Positions 50,601-60,100 of a stretch of DNA of 64,000 nucleotides are shown piece after piece. The notes below the pieces were generated by a model that was not told the DNA's origin, made no database searches, and saw only the letters and a list, made by a program, of their open reading frames with translations. This DNA comes from Candidatus Omnitrophota bacterium (lineage in GTDB: Bacteria; Omnitrophota; Omnitrophia; Omnitrophales; Aquincolibacteriaceae), in contig JAZDJU010000123.1 in NCBI GenBank assembly GCA_043803685.1, positions 1 through 64,000 on the forward strand. Direction: 5' to 3'. Made by a program: the position numbers and the translations under genes. The stretch's first letter is position 1, and every line of letters begins with the position of its first letter.

Positions 50601-51279
50601 CGGGACTGTCCGGCGAAAGCGCGCGGGCACGATGCTCCATCACTTTGGCCATGTTGATCATGCCTCGAATATTGTCCTCAGATAGAAGGCTGATCTTCTG
50701 AACTTCGTGCGAAGTACGGAAACCGTCAAAGAAATGAAGAAAAGGAATGCGGGACTCCAGGCTTGCGGCCTGAGCGATGAGCGCGAAATCCATCGCCTCC
50801 TGAACCGAATTGGAAGCCAGCATCGCGTAACCGGTCTGGCGTACCGACATGACGTCCGAGTGATCACCGAAGATCGAAAGCGCCTGGTAAGCGAGTGAGC
50901 GAGCGGAAACGTGCATGACCATGGAGGTAAGTTCCCCCGCGATCTTGTACATATTCGGGATCATGAGAAGAAGTCCCTGCGACGCCGTAAAGGTCGTCGT
51001 CAAAGCGCCGCGCTGAAGCGCGCCGTGCACCGCGCCGGCAGCTCCGCCTTCGCTCTGCATTTCGGCCACGGACGGAACCGTTCCCCAAATATTCTTTTTA
51101 CCCTGGGATGCCCATTCATCGGCCCATTCCCCCATGTTGGAGGATGGCGTGATGGGATAAATGGCGATACACTCGTTGACGCGGTACGCGACATAAGCGA
51201 CCGCCTCGCCGGCGTCCATGGTAACGAATTTTTTGCTGACGGATTTCGCTTCGGATTTTTCCAGGGTCTGTTCAGGCAT
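47656..51279 (-). CDS. nifJ: pyruvate:ferredoxin (flavodoxin) oxidoreductase
   Basis: YPITPS, MQSEGGA, GRYGL, two ferredoxin motifs (CIQCGKC, CTGCGLC), GACGGCGE and GGDGW. Confidence 0.97.
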   Translation of the reverse strand: MPEQTLEKSEAKSVSKKFVTMDAGEAVAYVAYRVNECIAIYPITPSSNMGEWADEWASQGKKNIWGTVPSVAEMQSEGGAAGAVHGALQRGALTTTFTASQGLLLMIPNMYKIAGELTSMVMHVSARSLAYQALSIFGDHSDVMSVRQTGYAMLASNSVQEAMDFALIAQAASLESRIPFLHFFDGFRTSHEVQKISLLSEDNIRGMINMAKVMEHRARALSPDSPVLRGTAQNPDVYFQGRETVNKFYTACPDMVQQAMDKFASITGRKYQLFEYLGAKDAEQVIVIMGSGVEVAAETVKALTAKGAKVGCLKVSLYRPFDVKRFVSLLPQTTKNLIVLDRTKEPGAIGEPLYLDCVAALQEASQNGWSKFTQAPKIYGGRYGLSSKEFTPAMVKGIFDFFASGKTKHGFTVGINDDVTQASLPFDPEYSIESDKVVRALFYGLGADGTVGANKNSIKIIGENTENYAQGYFVYDSKKSGAITVSHLRFGPEPIHSPYLISKAHFVACHQTVFLEKYDMLRNIVPGGTFLLNAPWSSEEVWPNLPIEVQKQILEKKLKFHVIDAYKVAAESGMGMRINTIMQVCFFAISGVLPREQAIDEIKKSIKKTYGKKGEDVVQQNLQAVDTTLAHLHEVKVPAVVDSKLKRLAPVTANAPAFVKTVLGAIIEGRGDSIPVSAMPVDGTFPTATTQYEKRNIALEIPVWEQDICIQCGKCNFVCPHAVIRMKVYDPKYLEKAPEGFKSADAKMPDFKGQKFTIQVAPEDCTGCGLCVDTCPAKSKTDPKKKAINMAPQIPLRCVEVPKWEFFLDIPEYDRRKLKTGMINQQQAMRPLFEFSGACGGCGETPYIKIVSQLFGDRAVIANATGCSSIYGGNLPTTPWAKDANGRGPAWSNSLFEDNAEFGFGFRMAIDKQKEYASELLVKLQDKLGADLVQPILGAAQQTEAEIYDQRERVAALKKKLAGLSGDADAAQLLSLADTLVKKSVWIFGGDGWAYDIGYGGLDHVLASGKNVNVFVLDTEVYSNTGGQASKSTPRGATAKFAMGGKPGGKKDLGMIAMTYGNIYVATIAMGANDQQTLKAIQEAESYDGPSLIIDYSHCIAHGINMINGLQDQKAAVASGQWILYRFDPRRLEKGENPLMIDSKAPTIPLEQYLMLENRFKMIMKSNPEEAKRLYAIAQKEVTARWKRFEYLAQSKPGTDAPNPVAA

Positions 51280-51530
51280 GTGATGATCCTTTGGTTTCGA
51301 GGTTTAGGATGTCATTTTTAAGATATCAAAAAATCGCGTCCACGCAAAACACACGAATCGCTTACAGCTTCCGACTTACCGTCCTCCGGATATTCCAAAA
51401 ATGAGGCCTGGAACGAGGGACTTTGAAAGGCTTTCTATGTCGTTCGGGGGCACGCTGACGGGCCTTTCACCAAATTCACGACTCGTGTGGGGCATTGTAT
51501 GATTTTACGGAGTTATTTTCAAGGGAAAAG

Positions 51531-51604
51531 GCGCGGAACGAGAAACGTGGAACGTAAAAGTCTTTTTCTTTTTATTTTCGCGTTCAGCGTGCCCCGTTAC
51601 CCGC
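51531..51604. repeat. inverted heptamer-repeat hairpin
   Basis: GCGGAACG AGAAACG TGGAACG / CGCGTTC AGCGTGC CCCGTTA CCCGC. Confidence 0.65.
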
Positions 51605-51659
51605 CTTTCAGACTCGTTCAATCCTTGCATTAAAAGACCGTATTGATTAGTATCCGTTC

Positions 51660-52052
51660 ATGTCCCACGACACGATCAGCCTTCTTCAATTCATGGTCTG
51701 CAAGGATTTCGAGCCCGGCGAACAGGACTGCTATACCGCCAACCTCGTCCGGAGCAATCTTCACGTGCCTTCCTTCCCCTACCATTTCGACCAGCTGTAC
51801 GCGGTCACCTGCTGGCGCAAAGACAAGATGTTCCACAAGGAAGTGATCGAGTATGCCACCGAGGACGGACAGGTCCTCAAAACACCCCCCATGGACATTG
51901 AGCCCGTCACCTCAAGCGTACTCTTCCGTTGGCACAAACATGCTTTTCCGGCAGACCTTGAGATCCAGAAAGACGGCCTGCTTCACATTCGTGTCATCCT
52001 GGATTGGAAAGTCCATTTCGAGTCGTATCTCATGATCGAGAAGCGACCCTAG
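51660..52052 (+). CDS. hypothetical protein
   Basis: 130-aa ORF with a plausible beta-rich sequence, upstream of the antiporter on the same strand. Confidence 0.7.
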   Translation: MSHDTISLLQFMVCKDFEPGEQDCYTANLVRSNLHVPSFPYHFDQLYAVTCWRKDKMFHKEVIEYATEDGQVLKTPPMDIEPVTSSVLFRWHKHAFPADLEIQKDGLLHIRVILDWKVHFESYLMIEKRP

Positions 52053-52076
52053 TGACTGGCATGATACTTGCAATTG

Positions 52077-52117
52077 GTCATTGCGGACAAGATGTCCCTA
52101 CGCTCCTTCGCAATGAC
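52077..52117. repeat. short REP-like hairpin
   Basis: GTCATTGCG..CGCAATGAC. Confidence 0.65.
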
Positions 52118-52134
52118 AAACTAAGGACTCAAAC

Positions 52135-53379
52135 ATGACCCATCACGACTGGTTGCCACAATTCTGGATGACACTCCCCTTCATAGGGCTTCTTCTTTCG
52201 ATCGCACTCCTCCCGCTCACTGCGCCCAAATTCTGGCACTCGCTCAAAAATCAAACCCTTGTGGCGCTCTTCTTTTCTCTACCGGTCGTTTATTTATGCC
52301 TTGTTCACAACCCCCATCTGCTTTTTACCGGCTTGGAACATTACCTTTCGTTCGTGATCCTGCTGGGCTCCCTCTTCATCGTCTCGGGGGGCGTTTGTAT
52401 CACCGGCGATCTGGTCAGCACGCCACTCGCCAATACTCTGATGCTCGCAACAGGCGCCGTCCTCGCGAACTTCATCGGCACGACCGGAGCTAGCATGGTT
52501 TTGATCCGGCCACTTCTTTTTGCGAACAATTACCGCAAACACCATATTCATATCCCGATCTTTTTTATCATGATCGTCAGCAACATCGGCGGTCTGCTTA
52601 CGCCTCTCGGGGACCCCCCTTTGTTCCTGGGATTCTTATTGGGCGTCCCTTTTTTCTGGACCTTAAGCCTTTTCCCGTTCTGGGTTCTTGCGGTCGGGAT
52701 CCTTCTTGCTGTATTTTTCGTGATCGATTATCGGGCCTTCGACCATGAGACAAAAAAACTGCAACGTGAAGCCCGCTCGGATAAACCGGTCCACATCAAA
52801 GGACTCCGGAATGTGGCCTGCTTAGGGATCATCATCGCTTCAACGCTCTGGGCCCCGCAACCTTACCGGGAAATATGGATGGTGGCGGCCGCGCTCATCT
52901 CTCTTAAGATAACACCCAAGACCTACCATCAGGCCAATGGCTTCACCTTTGACCCGATCACAGAAGTAGCCGTTTTATTCCTCGCCATCTTCATTACCAT
53001 GGAACCCGCGCTCGAGATCCTTTATTTGCGGGGAGCGGAGCTTGGCATCACACAGCCGTGGCAATTTTTTTGGGCCACCGGCGGATTCTCTTCCTTTTTG
53101 GATAATGCACCGACCTATTTGACGTTCATTTCCTTGGGACAAGGTCTGAAATTAGCGGGCCCCCATCTCAATCTACCGGAAAACATTCTCACGGCCATAA
53201 GCGTGGGAGCCGTGTTCTTTGGCGCTATGACCTACATTGGAAACGCACCCAACTTTATGGTGCGCTCGATCGCCCAACATCGCGGTTGGAAAATGCCGAG
53301 TTTCTTTGGGTATATGCTTTGGTCGGGGCTCATTTTATTACCCCTCTTTGGTTTGATCACTTTTGTTTTTTTTCGGTGA
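52135..53379 (+). CDS. putative Na+/H+ antiporter (ion transporter superfamily)
   Basis: Multi-TM; GTTGASM, SNIGGLLTPLGDPPLFLG, SSFLDNAPTY and MTYIGNAPN. Confidence 0.9.
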   Translation: MTHHDWLPQFWMTLPFIGLLLSIALLPLTAPKFWHSLKNQTLVALFFSLPVVYLCLVHNPHLLFTGLEHYLSFVILLGSLFIVSGGVCITGDLVSTPLANTLMLATGAVLANFIGTTGASMVLIRPLLFANNYRKHHIHIPIFFIMIVSNIGGLLTPLGDPPLFLGFLLGVPFFWTLSLFPFWVLAVGILLAVFFVIDYRAFDHETKKLQREARSDKPVHIKGLRNVACLGIIIASTLWAPQPYREIWMVAAALISLKITPKTYHQANGFTFDPITEVAVLFLAIFITMEPALEILYLRGAELGITQPWQFFWATGGFSSFLDNAPTYLTFISLGQGLKLAGPHLNLPENILTAISVGAVFFGAMTYIGNAPNFMVRSIAQHRGWKMPSFFGYMLWSGLILLPLFGLITFVFFR

Positions 53380-53401
53380 CCTAAAATCTACTTTCCACGC
53401 C

Positions 53402-53508
53402 AGACGACAGACCACAGACTGTAGACCAGAGTAAAAACAAAAACTTAAACGAGGATTTCGCCTCTGGGTTTTTGAACTGCAGGCTTTAGTCTTAGGTCTG
53501 CAGTCTAC
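53402..53508. repeat. inverted heptamer-repeat hairpin
   Basis: AGACGAC AGACCAC AGACTGT AGACCAG / AGTCTTA GGTCTGC AGTCTAC. Confidence 0.7.
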
Positions 53509-53512
53509 GCTG

Positions 53513-53779
53513 CTACTGCCCGTAAATCTCCCGCCGGTGGCCAATACGAAGAATGGTGAGTACCGTTCCGTGGATCTTGTAAATAACACGCCAGTCCCCG
53601 ACCCGAAGTTTCCAATAACCTTTCAAGGTATGCCGAAGAGGCGCTCCGAACTCATGAGGGAAAAAGGCTAGCTTTTGCTCGATGGCCCTGCGGATCCTGT
53701 GTTTCTCCGTAGCGCCGATCCTGGGCAGGTCATTCCGGACAACGTCGGGATGGTAGAAGATCTCGAACCGTGGCTCCAT
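53513..53779 (-). CDS. type II toxin, RelE/ParE family
   Basis: G.PLR..LKGYWKLRVGDWRVIY..I......IGHRREIY. Confidence 0.92.
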   Translation of the reverse strand: MEPRFEIFYHPDVVRNDLPRIGATEKHRIRRAIEQKLAFFPHEFGAPLRHTLKGYWKLRVGDWRVIYKIHGTVLTILRIGHRREIYGQ

Positions 53780-53790
53780 AGGCAGGATAC

Positions 53791-54021
53791 TTACGAACCC
53801 CAAACGTCCCGGTGACGGACCGGCTTCTTTTTAGAAAGAGACTTCTCCCGTTCCGCCGCACTCTTGGCCCAATACGTATCTTCATGAATAACCAATGCCT
53901 CACGCAGAAGATCGCGGGCAACGAGCGACATGGACAAGCCTTCCTTTTTGGACATTTTATAAAGAGTTTCGTAGATCGAAGGCTCTAGGACAACATTAAG
54001 CCGCGGTTGTTTTGTAGACAT
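53791..54021 (-). CDS. antitoxin (ribbon-helix-helix-like)
   Basis: RLNVVLE..Y..L..MSKKEG.SMS.VARDLL.EAL, directly upstream of the toxin; RBS AAGGAG. Confidence 0.85.
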   Translation of the reverse strand: MSTKQPRLNVVLEPSIYETLYKMSKKEGLSMSLVARDLLREALVIHEDTYWAKSAAEREKSLSKKKPVRHRDVWGS

Positions 54022-54046
54022 GAGGGGCTCTCCTTTTTCTAAGCGA

Positions 54047-54075
54047 AGTGTATCACAAGTGATGAACCCTGGCAA
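54047..54075 (-). promoter_or_regulatory. toxin-antitoxin promoter with overlapping operator palindrome
   Basis: TTGCCA, 17-bp spacer, TACACT; inverted repeat ATCAC-AA-GTGAT at 54052-54063. Confidence 0.6.
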
Positions 54076-54112
54076 GCCTCTCCCTCAAACTAAAAGCCAG
54101 AGGCTGCAGAAC

Positions 54113-54178
54113 CCGGGGAACGGTTAACGGGAAACGGTGAAAGCAAATCTTTTACGTTACCCGCTCCACGTTCCCCGG
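54113..54178. repeat. inverted heptamer-repeat hairpin just downstream of the giant gene
   Basis: CCGGGGAACG GTTAACG GGAAACG / CGTTACC CGCTCCA CGTTCCCCGG. Confidence 0.7.
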
Positions 54179-54195
54179 CCGATCAAAGAACGGCG

Positions 54196-57100
54196 TTACG
54201 CTGCCTTCTCCACCGCCCGGCTAGCGGCGAATTCCTGAGTAAGCATTTCCATATCCATGGTAAGGACCCCGTTTTTCGCCGAAAGAGCCAAGAGGTCGAT
54301 GCCTTTTTCTTTTAATTTCGAGATCAGCATCGAGGGATCCACCTTCATGAGTTCCTGATCCATCGGTGATGCCGCGGCATAGATTCTGTTGATCAGAGCT
54401 ACCGCTGCACAAACAAGCTTCTTCAGCTCAGGATTATCTTTACTCTTAAAATCCGCCAGGATCGACAGAATGCCATGAGGCTCGACGCCGAGCTCTCTCG
54501 TAAAAAACGCCATGAACGGCTCACTCTCACTCGCCTTGACGACATCTCTCACGAGAACATTCGCAGGCTTCCGCTCGCTTATTCTGATTTTCATGACAAC
54601 ATTGGAAACATCATCCCAACCTCTTCCCACCGGATTATTTTTGTCGTAGAGAACGACCAAACGCGGAATTTTTTCCATCTTCCTCAAAGCATCAAGCTCG
54701 AGATTCGAATCCGGCCCCTGTTCAACGATCATCGAAACACCGGAGCCGGGCATTTTGCTGATCAAATCATCAATGAAGCTTGTGAACCCCTGGGTTTTCT
54801 TGATATCAATTTTTCTAACCTCCGACCGTCTAACATCCCCAGACTTCATCAATGCCGGCGATGCCTCTGCTCCGCCTATCAGTGCCTTCATCGATATCTC
54901 AGCCGCGATTGCGTCCGTCATACCATACGGCTCAAAAAGTTTCACAAGAAGTTGCGTCAATCCTGTCGAAACAAATTCCGTAAGCGCGGCGACGTCCTTG
55001 TAGCCTTGCAGCTGCGCCATCAGCGCAGTCTCTTGATCGCCAAACTTCGTTTTCTCGCTATCGATCCCCGCCTGTCCTTGTCTCAGCAGCAACGCCTGAA
55101 CCGCGTCAGGATTACTGTCCTGCGTCATTTGAGTAATTTGAACTGCCGGCGTCCCCGTAAGCACTTCCAACGGATTCTGATCGATCCGCACCTCAGAACG
55201 GCGAGACCCAAAAAAATCACGGAGATGCTCGAACTTTGGATCGAGAGGGTCATCTAATATATCGATCGCAAATTTATGTATATTGGGGTTATTCTTAAGT
55301 TCATGTATGCTTGGCTTAACTGTGAGCATTCCTGCCTCCACACGCGGCTCAAGAAATTCGACATAGAAGCGTCTGGCATCAGCGGGAAAACTCAAAGAGA
55401 TCTGCTTCATGTCTTTCATGAACATATCGCTCAACGCAGCGTCAAAGGTGATCGTTCCATTCCCTCGTATTTTATCCCTGGCGCTTATGAGTAGAGTCAC
55501 TTTAGCAAGAGCGATATTAGCAACCACAACCCCTCCGATAGCACCCAGAGGCTTAGGCTTCATAAGCACATACACGAGCGTATTCTGATCCTGAAGCGTT
55601 TTCTCCCACCGAGATCTACCTTCCGCATTGCTATCGTCAGAAAAGCCTCTTGATAGCTCAAGATTGAAAAGTCTCGCCGCCAGGGACTTGAGCTGATCCG
55701 GATTTTCTTCCAGCGATTTCCTCGCGTTGACGACTGTCCCAAGAATTTCATGTTCCGAAATGATGGCCTCCGACCTCGCCTCAGCACGCTCTGGGGTGGA
55801 GGTCGCCGGCGACTGAGGAATGCCCACAGCAACAGGACCCAAACCCGCCTCAGAACGCTGAGCACCCCAAAACTTGCGGAGACCAACAAACTTCGAATCA
55901 AGTGGGTTCGCAAGCAATTTGATTTCGATGTCAGGTCGTGGGTCCTCCAAGCCCTTACGCGCAGATGAAATAATCTTAAGAACCTCCATTTCTTGACGGG
56001 GGTTCAAGAACCCCTTCTCTTCGTCGGTATAGAATCCCTCTGAAAGTCCTGTAAAGTTCCACGAAATTAGCATTTTTTGTTTTTTAGACATTTCACTCAA
56101 AAAGGTATCGAGAAGGAATGATCCCCTTCCCCGGACTTTATCTGGCGAGCTCATGAGTCGGGCAAGGCGCACAGTTTCACCTTCCAGATAACCACGAACC
56201 ACCCCAGCAATGTCCTCTGAAGGATCAAAAAGCACGTACACATAATGGCTGGGATCGCGCAAGCTTGCCTCCAATTCGCGCACGCTTCTTTCAAACTCCT
56301 CTACATCCATTTTAGAAATATAACTTTCCGTTTCAACTTCACGAATCCTTCTTGCTAATTGTTCGAATTTTGAGGGGTCAAAACGCTTCGCATCAACCGT
56401 TTTGCCAAGACCAGGGTATTCCGCAATAACAGCTTCTTTCGGGATCTCGAACCGGGCTTCCGAGCGCTGAGTGCCCCCAGACTCGCCAAGGGGATTCTTT
56501 AGCAAATTAACTTCGTAAGAACGGCCCTCGTGCTTGAACGTCAATAGCCCCTTCTCCTGGCGCGCATTCAAAATATCCAGTTCGCGATCATCCGATGAAT
56601 ACCACCCGATCCTTTCGACGCCCTCTTTGCTCATCAGATTCAAAAATAGCTCCATAAAGGGTGCCAGGGTTCCATTATCGAGACTTAAGAGCGAATCCAG
56701 CCACATCTCTTTTTTTCCTTTCAACACGGGACCGCGAGGCACGGCAGCTCCTGAAATTTCCCCGTTCTTGTCGACAAATACCCACATGGCCTGATCGGGG
56801 TCTTCCAGCATCGCCTCCCAAAACCCTGTATCCATTTCCCATTTTCCCAGCACAAAGCTCGGACGATCGAGATAATAAAGCCTTGAAGCCAACGGCTTGA
56901 GTTGATCCGGGGCGAGCTTCAGCCATTCTCTCGCATCCACTATTTTCCCAAGGGGATACTCCGCAACCACGGGGACATTGGACGGGAGGTCAAACTTCGT
57001 ATCATGCCTGCGTAATGCGTAAAGAGGAGCGAACTCGGGAGCCAAGGGATCTTTGAGCAGGGTCACGTTGTAAACAGAGCCGGCAGTTCCGGTATACGTC

Positions 57101-60100
57101 AAGATCCCGTTCTCCTGAAGAGGTTTCAATACACTTTCATAGAAATTTCCGTCTGAAGTGTCTCGCCACAAAATTCCCATGATCCCTTTCTTGAACATCT
57201 CGCTAAAAAATGCGCCCAAAACCATTCTTCCCTTCCCCCGGATCCCGTCATCAAGACTCGCCAGCCGACCCAGCGACGCTTTTTTTCCGCCTTCGAGATC
57301 AACCTCAGCAACCGCGGATATATCCCCGTGGTCATTAACGAAAAAGAAGAAATCTTTGCGACTGTCTTGCAGTTCCTTCTCCAAAGGCTTGAGCTGATCC
57401 GGTGCGAGGGCTAGCCAATCCCGGGCGTTCACGACTTCCCCGAAACCCTCAGCCTTAGCGACCACTCGCACACCCTTGGGAAGTTGTAGCCGGACCTCGG
57501 AACGACCTTCAACATATCTCACGGGACGCCTTCCGGTTGTGACCATTCTAGGGAATTCAGGTAATGGATAAAGCGGTCTGAGTAACAGAAGGGGATCGAT
57601 TGCTTGCAGATCTCTCACACCAAAACCCGTATACAACTCGCCGTTGACCTTATGAACCTCCAAGTGCAAATGATCATAAGTCCGTCCATATTGCTTCTCA
57701 ACCTTCGGCGATAACGGGTACTCTCTTCTAACGGCTTCTTTTTTATGCCAGGCATTGACTCTTCCGAGCCTTTCTCCCTTTTTGACCCCCAAATCGCTTT
57801 TAGAATCAAACCAGGTATGTTTTAAAATATGTTCGGGAATGCTATCTCTCTGCAAATGTACATATTGCCAGAGCAGATCAGAAGCAGGAGAATAGACCCA
57901 AACATCCGCGAACGAGGCCGCAGCCGAGTCACCTCTACCATCGAACCTTTGCACATAGACGACAAAGCCATCCTCAACAGGGTATACAGAAGTGCCAGGT
58001 TCGGCTTGAAGATCGATGCCATCATGTTTTTCGTCTCGATCTGTTGTTGGCCAGTTGGTCGTTCCAAAAAAATTAGCGATGTGTCTTGTCGCCACCGACA
58101 TATCCACAGGCCATTCAAACGAGTGAGAAAGTGGCTTCAAACTATCAGGCAAGCTTCCCATCCTGACGTGCCGGAGATAAGCTTCGCGCTCAACCCCCAA
58201 AGGATCCACATCGTTTTGTCGCAAAGGCTGGAAGTTTCTCATCTCCGAGCGCTTGTACCCCACAAAGTCGCGGAGATCATCAAATTCGGAAGCAAGCGGA
58301 CTCTTAAACAAACGAACCTTGTATTTAAAACCATCCTTCTCAAATGTCAAAATACCTCTTGCTTCGCGATCCGCTAAAAATTTATCGTAGAATGCTTCCG
58401 AACCAGACGATGCTGTCCATTCAAATTCCGTCTCGAGTCCGCCATACATCCGGTCCAGAAAAGCATCCAGCAGAAGCGTCCCTCTTCCACGCACTCCGTC
58501 GTCGAAGCTCATAAGTCGATCCAGGCCTATAGTATTCCCCTCCAGCGGCCGAAAGTGACCGCTCACAGCACCGACAAGATTCCCTGAACGATCTCTCAGG
58601 ACATAGATATATTGTTCAGGATCCCCAAGCTTGCTTTTCCAAAAAGCAATATCCGTCTGCCATGTTTGGGCCAAGGAGCGTAATAGCTCCCATTCCATCT
58701 CGTAGAGCCCTTTTGCCAAAGTCTCTATTTCTTCCTGACCTGGATCCCCCCCATGGAAATCCTTCACGTCCAGAACTTCGCCAACACCAATGTCCGGCAC
58801 GATCACGCGAAAACCTTCAGGGATCTCGAATCGCGCCTCGGAGCGTTTTGTCCCTACAAATTTTCGGAGATCATCGAATTCAGGATCAAGTGGATTTTTC
58901 AACAATGTGATCTTGTACGAATCGCCATCCAGTTTAAATTGAAGAATTCCCTTCGAACTTCTGGCATTCAGAAAATGATCATAGAAATCCTTGGCATCAC
59001 TGAGGGAGTGCCATTCAATCTTTTTGAGATCCCGCTTGAACATTTCGCTCAAAAAAACATCCAGAAGATACGTCCCCTTCCCCTTCATTCCGTCCTCAAC
59101 GCTGATGATCTGCACCAGCTGCGCGCCACCTACGTGAGGCAGGGGAGAAATACTCAAGGCAACACCAACAACATCCCCAGCCCGTACAAGCAGTTGCACA
59201 TGCTGCAACGAATCTCCGAGTGTTTCCTTCCATTCACGTACGCCGTCCTCCGTTTTCTCCCAAGAGAAATGCTTCACTTCGAACGCATCAAGGAACTTGG
59301 CCAAGGGCTCGAGTTGGGTCGGATCAGCCTTAAGCACATCCCTCGCATCCACCACTTCCCCAACGCCAATATCCGGTGCGATAGCCTTAACACCCTCAGG
59401 GATCTCGTATCTAACTTCCGAGCGCTTCGACCCAACAAACTTGCGGAGATCATCGAATTCTGGAGCGAGCGGATCCGCAAGCAATTTGATCTCGACATCG
59501 GCTTCAGGCGTTACGCTGCGAGACGGATCATGCTTTAATCGTTCCAGCATCCCGGCGTCCTGCCGAGGCTTTAAATATCCTTTTTCTTCGTTAAGATAGA
59601 AATTCTCTGAGAATCGGCTAACATTCCATCTGAATATCGTGACGCCGAGGCGGGACATCTGACTTAGAAAAACATCCAAAAGAAAAGTGCCTTTCCCTTG
59701 GACGTTGTCATTAACGCTCATGAGCCGGTCCAACCAGACACCTTCCTCACCCTTCAAAGTGAACTTGCTCCCTCTGACGGCCGCCCCAACGATCTCTCCG
59801 GAAAGATCTCGAAGGATGAACACAGACTCAGGATCTTCCAGGATATCCAGCCATTCCAACACACTCGGGACTTTCTGTCCTTCCTGGATGTAGCAGCGAC
59901 TAGAGAGCTCATAGAGCCTTTTCGCCAAGAGTCCTGCATCCAACCCAAGCTGATTTGCATTGAACACTTCCCCGACAAGAGCATGCTCCGCGATTGCAGG
60001 AACACCTTCGGGGATCTCGATACGAACTCCAGCTTTCTTTGGAGACGGCTTCGCCGACGGAACCGGGCGCCCTTCCGCAGACTTCTTCTCACTCCAGCGG

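Noticed and set aside
51280..51659. Rex or FNR box, or riboswitch, upstream of PFOR
   Set aside because: Only half-site matches such as TTCACGA; no convincing palindrome or known aptamer.
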